From Dictyostelium discoideum (Eukaryota), in the NCBI GenBank assembly GCA_000004695.1, contig CM000155.2, positions 1,824,001 through 1,888,000 of the forward strand: DNA of 64,000 nt, in the 5' to 3' direction. Below are positions 58,722 through 64,000 of this stretch, piece after piece (position 1 is the first letter of the stretch; every line of letters begins with the position of its first letter). The notes beneath the pieces were generated by a model that worked only from the letters and a program-made list of their open reading frames with translations, made no database searches and was not told the origin of the DNA. The translations under genes and the position numbers were made by a program.

Positions 58722-58781
58722 ATACTTACCAAATACATCAATTTTATCTATTACATTATAGTTCATAATCATTGATTTTTT
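58209..58781 (-). CDS. MIP18 family protein (FAM96/CIA2; DUF59), cytosolic Fe-S cluster assembly factor. Exon 1 58730..58781, intron 58619..58729, exon 2 58209..58618.
   Basis: Not in the ORF track because it is split. The - strand reads MIMNYNVIDKIDVFG|gtaagt ... aatag|DIIRHIKDPEFPKTLEELKVVNEDWITV...GYCFIKILFQPTVPHCHLAPTIALCIREKIKEYLPKRSKIEIYIKKGTHQTEDEINKQINDKERIIAALENPEIFQLVKKCIKEDDY*. The DPE.P.TL.EL.VV, F.PTVPHC and INKQ.NDKER motifs are hallmark FAM96B/CIA2 sequences. Confidence 0.8.
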
Positions 58782-59298
58782 TTAAAATTATAAAACAGTT
58801 TTAATTATTAAACATATTAAAATATGAAGGGGTGTGTTAATAAAGCTTGAAAAAGGGAAAAAACAAAAAACAAAAAAAAAATTGTTTTTTTTTTTTTTTA
58901 TTTTTTTTTAATTTGGATGTCTCAAAATAAAAAAAAAAATTAATATTTTCATAAAAAAAAAAAAAAATAAAAAAATAAAATCAAATAATTTTTTAAATAA
59001 ATACAAACAACTTTTATCCAGATGTAATTTCAATAAAAAAAAAATTAATAATAATAAGGATCAAAATTAATTTATAATGGGTTTGAAACAATAAAAATGG
59101 TAACTTAGTGTTGATATTATGTGTTATTTTTTTTTTTTTTTTTTTTGAAATTGTTTTTTTTTCACCTGCAAATATAAATCAAAAAAAAAAAAAATTTGTT
59201 TAATTATTATTAATAAATATGTCAAAAAACCATTTTTTTCTGTGATCATGTTCCACACAATTACAATTTGTTTCACACAAAAAATAAAAAAATCAAAT

Positions 59299-59339
<41 letters not shown>

Positions 59340-59573
59340 GAAATAAATAATATAAAAATTATTTCGATTCAAATAAAAATATAATATAATCTTTTTTTTT
59401 TTTTTTTATTTTTTTTCCTCTCATTTTTTTCTTTTTTTTTATATTAATTTTTTTTTGAAAAAGAATACTTTTTGTAAATAATATTTAATTTCCATTTAAA
59501 GACCACCATAACCCACTCACCACTGTATATACTTTTGTTCAACCATGTTATTATTATAAGCAAACGAACAATC

Positions 59574-59626
59574 ATCACACACAAACACACACAAACACAC
59601 ACACACACGCACAACCAACCACACTA
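59574..59626. repeat. (CA)n / (CAAA)n-type microsatellite.
   Basis: CACACACAAACACACACAAACACACACACACACGCACAACCAACCACAC. This is rare GC-containing simple sequence in an otherwise >90% AT spacer. Confidence 0.8.
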
Positions 59627-60238
59627 TCAATTTATTATGTGAAAGTAACAGGTGTGGTAGTATTGAGTTAAATTTATTATTTTTGTGATAATTATTTTTT
59701 TTTTTTTACTTTTTTTTTTTTTTTTTTTTTTTTCTTTTTTTTTTTTTTTTTAAAACAAAAATATTTTGGGGAAAATTTTTTTTTTTTTTTTTTAAATTTT
59801 TTTTTTTTATTATTTTGTATGAAACTTTAATTAAAAAAAAAAAAATACAAAAAATTTCCCACAATCAAACACACTCACCACATCATTATATCGTTTTTTT
59901 ATTTGATTTATTTTTTGTATACAAGCTAAAGTATTATTTTTTAATTATTTTTATATTTTTTATTTTATTATTTTTTATTATTATTATTTTTTATTATTAT
60001 TATTTTTTTTTTTTTTAAACATCACACATCTGTTCCTAATTCATATCAATTTTTTGAAAATTATTTTTATTATTATTTATTATTAGCAATTAATATTAAT
60101 ATTTTAATTTTTAAAATTAAATTTTAATTTTAATTTTTAAAAAAAAAAAAAAAAAAACTAAAAAAAAAAAAAAAGAAACAAACAATTATTATTTTTATCA
60201 CATCAAAAATCATAAATCAAAAATAGATAATTAATACC

Positions 60239-60293
<55 letters not shown>

Positions 60294-60329
60294 TTAAAAA
60301 TATAAAAAAAAAAAAAAAAATAAACAAAA

Positions 60330-61065
60330 ATGGAAAGAAATTTTAATAATTTTTTAGTTAAAATATTTTGTCTTGGAGATGATGGAGTTGGTAAATCATG
60401 TGTAATGAACTCTTATTCAAGTGGTGGACCTTTAACATCTCTTTTCCAAGGTTCAGAATTAACATGGACCGATTATACAGTATCAGTAACACATAATCAA
60501 AAACCATTAAAATTAAGATTAGTTAGTAAGTTTTTTTTTTTTTTAAATTTAAAAAATTTCCTATAAAAAAAAAAAATAAAAAAATAAAAAAAAAAAAAAA
60601 AAAATCAAACTAATCAAAAAATAATAATAATAATATTAAAAAAAATAGTTGGTGATCAAAATGAATTAAGAAGAATAAAACAAATTGAATTTAATGATGT
60701 TTTTTTAATTTGTTTTTCAGTTGATTCAAAGGCATCATATGATAATATTGAAAAATGGAATACAGAAATTAGAAAAATCCTGCCAACTCCAAATATAATA
60801 TTAGTTGGTACAAAGATTGATTTAAGAAAAGAAGGTGGAGAACTTAAAAAATCAATTGTGACACAAGAAATGGGAATTGAAAAAGCAAAAGAAATAAATG
60901 CAATAAAATATATGGAGTGTTCAACAGCAACCTACGAAGGAGTTAAAGAAGTTTTCGACGAAAGTATAAATATCTACATGACAAAAAAGCTTTATATCCA
61001 AGATTTAAGAAAAAAAAGTTTTTTAATTCCAAAGAAAAATACAAACAAAAAATCCTGTAAAACCC

Positions 61066-61070
<5 letters not shown>
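60330..61070 (+). CDS. Divergent Rho/Rac-family small GTPase with a C-terminal CAAX box (CKTQ). Exon 1 60330..60525, intron 60526..60648, exon 2 60649..61070.
   Basis: G1 reads [21 protein letters not shown] donor (phase 1) and an ATAG acceptor give ...[43 protein letters not shown]...[11 protein letters not shown]...[20 protein letters not shown]4 (TKxD), G5 (ECSA-like) and the Rho-type FLICFSV are all present. The G3 DTAGQE motif is replaced by IGDQNE. Confidence 0.75.
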
Positions 61071-61101
<31 letters not shown>

Positions 61102-61209
61102 TAATTAATAGTAGAAATATAAATAGTTATCAGTTTTTCCAAAATATGCGCATATTTTTTTTTAAATAAATAAACCCCCTTTTTTTGTAAATAAATATAT
61201 ATTTTTAAT

Positions 61210-61242
<33 letters not shown>

Positions 61243-61257
61243 ACAATTTATTTTCTT

Positions 61258-63365
61258 TTATTTTTTATTTAAATAATTTATATAAATTAAATGTAATATT
61301 GAAATGAATAAAATTAAATTGTTGTTTAAACCAAGTGAGAATGCTGAACTTTCATTTTTCTCAACTGGAGTTGGCGATGGTGTTATGAGGGAAGGAGTTG
61401 GTGTGGGAGTTGGTTTTATTATTTGTATTGATGATTGTGATTGTATACCATCAACAGTAATGTTTAATAGAGAATTATAATCAGATTCTATTAAAGTAAA
61501 AGTAAATTTATTATCATTGATAGTTTGAATCTCTGGATTTCTACCAGAGAAATTTACTTTTAATAATGAAATTTCTGTACCAAAATTATATCCATAAATC
61601 GTTACTACTGTCATATTATAAATTTCAAAAGATGTAATTGATGGTTGCATATATGAGAATTGGGTTGTTGAATTTTCAGTTTGATATTTAATTTGTATTG
61701 AATGTTTACCGGTACCTGGAGGAATTTGACAAATTGTTGAATAATATTCTGAATTTTGTTGAATAGATGGTTTTGAACATGTGATTTCATTTTTAAAAGA
61801 GTTATCAATAATTGATGAAACTTTAGCAGTATTTGTACAATCATAATTAATTAAATTTAAAGTTAATGATGAAGTGTTTGAAACAAATGGTGAATTTAAT
61901 GATGTAATTGTTAATGGTGTTTTAATGGTAATTGAATTTGATGAAAAATTATTATGAATAATTGTAACAATTGGTTTACATTTTGATTTTTGTAAATTAA
62001 ATATTAATTGGGTTTCATCATTATTAATTGAAATTGGTAAAATGTTATCATTTAAACCTTGAATTTTTATAATTGTTTCATTTAATAAACCAAAGTTTAT
62101 ACCAACTAATGTTACAGTAGTATCATTTGATTTAATTGGTGTATGGGAATATAAAGTTGGTTTTCCATAGGTAAATGTTAAATTTGAATTATCAATACAT
62201 CCTCCAATATTAATTTTTACATTTAAATTTGAACCACCAATTTGATCGGGACTTAATTGACATTGAATTTCATTTAATGTTGAGTTTAATACTTTACAAT
62301 CGTTATCTCCAATTTTAACTTTTACAATTTCACTATCATTATTAAAATATGATCCTTTAATTGTAACTATACCAAAAATATGGTTTGATATTGAATTTAT
62401 TGATGATGGAATAGGTGGGAAACAATAAGAATAATTAGTATCCATTGAAATATTATTTACTGAGATTTGAATTTTCATTGGACCACCAGTATCTTGAATA
62501 AATTTATCAACTTGAATTAATGTATCATTTTGTATAATTGAAAATGTATTTTGTGATATACCATTGAATAGAATATTTATAAGTTGTTTTTCAGTATAAA
62601 AATTATCACCATAAATCGAAATCTTTGAATTATTTGGATCATAATTTATTGAATTTATAATTGGAGATTCATATGAAAATTCAAATTTTTTAACCAAGTC
62701 AAACATTAAATCCATTTTGCCAGATCCTGGTGGGAATGATAATGTTAGATTATTACAATCAAATGTTGGATCTTCAAAATTTCCAATTACTTTAATAGTT
62801 ACATTTGTTGATGATTGAATAATATTAAGTTGTTGAGATAATAATCTTAAATAATTTCCAGTGACAATTACATTACCGCCCTTTGTTGATGGTTTACTAG
62901 TAAATTTTACATTAATTGGTGATGGAATTTTAGCATTTGTCATCGAAATAAAACAAACTTGTCCACTACTATCAACTGCACAAAATGTTGATGAAGTTGT
63001 CCCAAATAATCTTGACATTCGTCTATTAGTAATTAATAAACAATTTCTAAAACCACCTGATGGTGTACCGCAGTCAAATGAAACTTGAGCATCTACTAAT
63101 GTTGTAGAATTATATTTCATTGTCCAACTTGCATAATAACTTTCAGATTCTTTAAATCTAAAAGTAATATTTGTAGGTGTTAAATTAATACCTAACAAAT
63201 TATAAATTATTTTAAATATATTAATATTTTTATACCAAAATTTTAATTTTTTAATTTTTTAATTTTTTAATTTTAATAATTACTTTCAGGATTAGGTGCT
63301 CTTATTGATTGAACCACTGATTTCAAAAATAAAAATAAAAATATAAAATAAATTACTTTTTTCAT
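61258..63365 (-). CDS. IPT/TIG-domain cell-surface protein of the Tgr (TgrB/TgrC-like) family. Exon 1 63284..63365 (signal peptide), intron 63192..63283, exon 2 61258..63191.
   Basis: Exon 1 is MKKVIYFIFLFLFLKSVVQSIRAPNPE, followed by a GTAATT donor. A TTGTTAG acceptor joins in frame to (S)INLTPTNITFRF.... There are repeated IPT/TIG-like beta-domains with many N-glycosylation sequons, a PTPTPTPS linker and a C-terminal hydrophobic tail LILFISILHLIYINYL (TM or GPI signal). This is the Tgr-type architecture. Confidence 0.75.
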
Positions 63366-64000
63366 TTTTTTTTTTTTTTTTTACAAATATAGTTGTATAA
63401 TTATTATTATTATTATTTCAAAATAAAAATAGTTTTTCTGGAAATAAAAAAAAAAAAAAAATAACTAATATGTGTATAATGGCAAATATTAAAAAATAAA
63501 AATAAAAAAAAAATTAAAATAAAATAAAAATATAATATTTATTACTATTCTAATATAACATTATGGTGGCATAATAATTTAGACTTTTTGTAATAAAAAA
63601 ATTGTGTGTTAATATCAAATTCACCACATGATTAGCACACAATACCCCCAAAAAAACCATATTGGTATTTTTTAACTGATTCAAATAACTAAAAAAAAAA
63701 AAAAACACCCTCCAATCTTTTTAAAATAAATTTATTTAATTTGGTAATATCATTGATGTGATAAACAATTTATTTTTTGAAAAGTTCAAAAACATTTTTT
63801 TGAATACAACATTAAATGATGTTCAAAAATAAAAATAAAAATAAAAATAAAAATAAAAATAGAAAACTAATTTTAGAATAATTTACCATTCAAATAATGG
63901 GAATAATTTATTTATAATTTTACAATTTAATTTTTATTAAGTTTTTTTTTTTGTTTTATTTTTTTTTTTATATATCGACATATTTAAAGTGTGTGTGAAT

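Noticed and set aside
61611-63088. ORFs 61611..61844 - and 62861..63088 + inside the Tgr-like gene.
   Set aside because: Off-frame or antisense within a 645-codon homology-supported exon.

Overview
This window reads as nuclear DNA from a dictyostelid amoeba, almost certainly Dictyostelium discoideum or a close relative. It is about 78-80% AT. Intergenic spacers and introns are often above 90% AT with long homopolymer runs, and coding regions carry the (AAT)n/(CAA)n-encoded poly-Asn/poly-Gln tracts typical of Dictyostelium proteins. Introns are short, AT-rich GTAAGT/GTATGT...AG introns. I can therefore support no prokaryotic-style system (operons, CRISPR arrays, defence islands). The window is an ordinary gene-dense eukaryotic chromosomal segment.

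I can support about 28 protein-coding genes, many needing one or two small introns to reconstruct. The recognisable ones are malate dehydrogenase, a 3-hydroxybutyrate-dehydrogenase-type short-chain dehydrogenase (SDR), a drug/metabolite (EamA) transporter, Mediator subunit MED4, an NDUFAF3-like complex-I assembly factor, a mannose-6-phosphate-receptor-family protein, 8-oxoguanine glycosylase OGG1, COQ4, a triple-PH-domain protein, TFIID subunit TAF2 (~2,040 aa with a giant low-complexity tail), a myosin-light-chain-kinase-like CaMK kinase, the Obg-like ATPase OLA1/YchF, folylpolyglutamate synthase, MIP18/CIA2 (Fe-S assembly), a divergent Rho-family GTPase, and a Tgr-like IPT/TIG surface protein. 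The remainder are hypothetical, low-complexity proteins.

There are six tRNA genes: Asn-GUU, two identical Gly-GCC copies in inverted orientation, His-GUG, Pro-AGG and Leu-UAA. Several have recognisable downstream external B-box elements.

The most interesting non-genic signals are:
- Two tiny, extremely 5'-truncated poly(A)-retroelement 3' ends (the same 16-nt tail TACACCGCTTTTAGGT + A14-16 with a target-site duplication). Each sits just downstream of a tRNA gene (tRNA-His, tRNA-Leu), in the position and orientation expected for TRE3-type tRNA-targeting retrotransposons.
- A ~1.7 kb degenerate duplicate of the 3' third of a neighbouring gene, interrupted by a ~1 kb insertion.
- Several perfect hairpin inverted repeats, a 13-bp minisatellite, and two compositionally atypical (non-AT-rich, ORF-free) islands that may be transposon remnants or ncRNA loci.

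All product calls rest on motif-level recognition from the translated ORFs, not on database searches.
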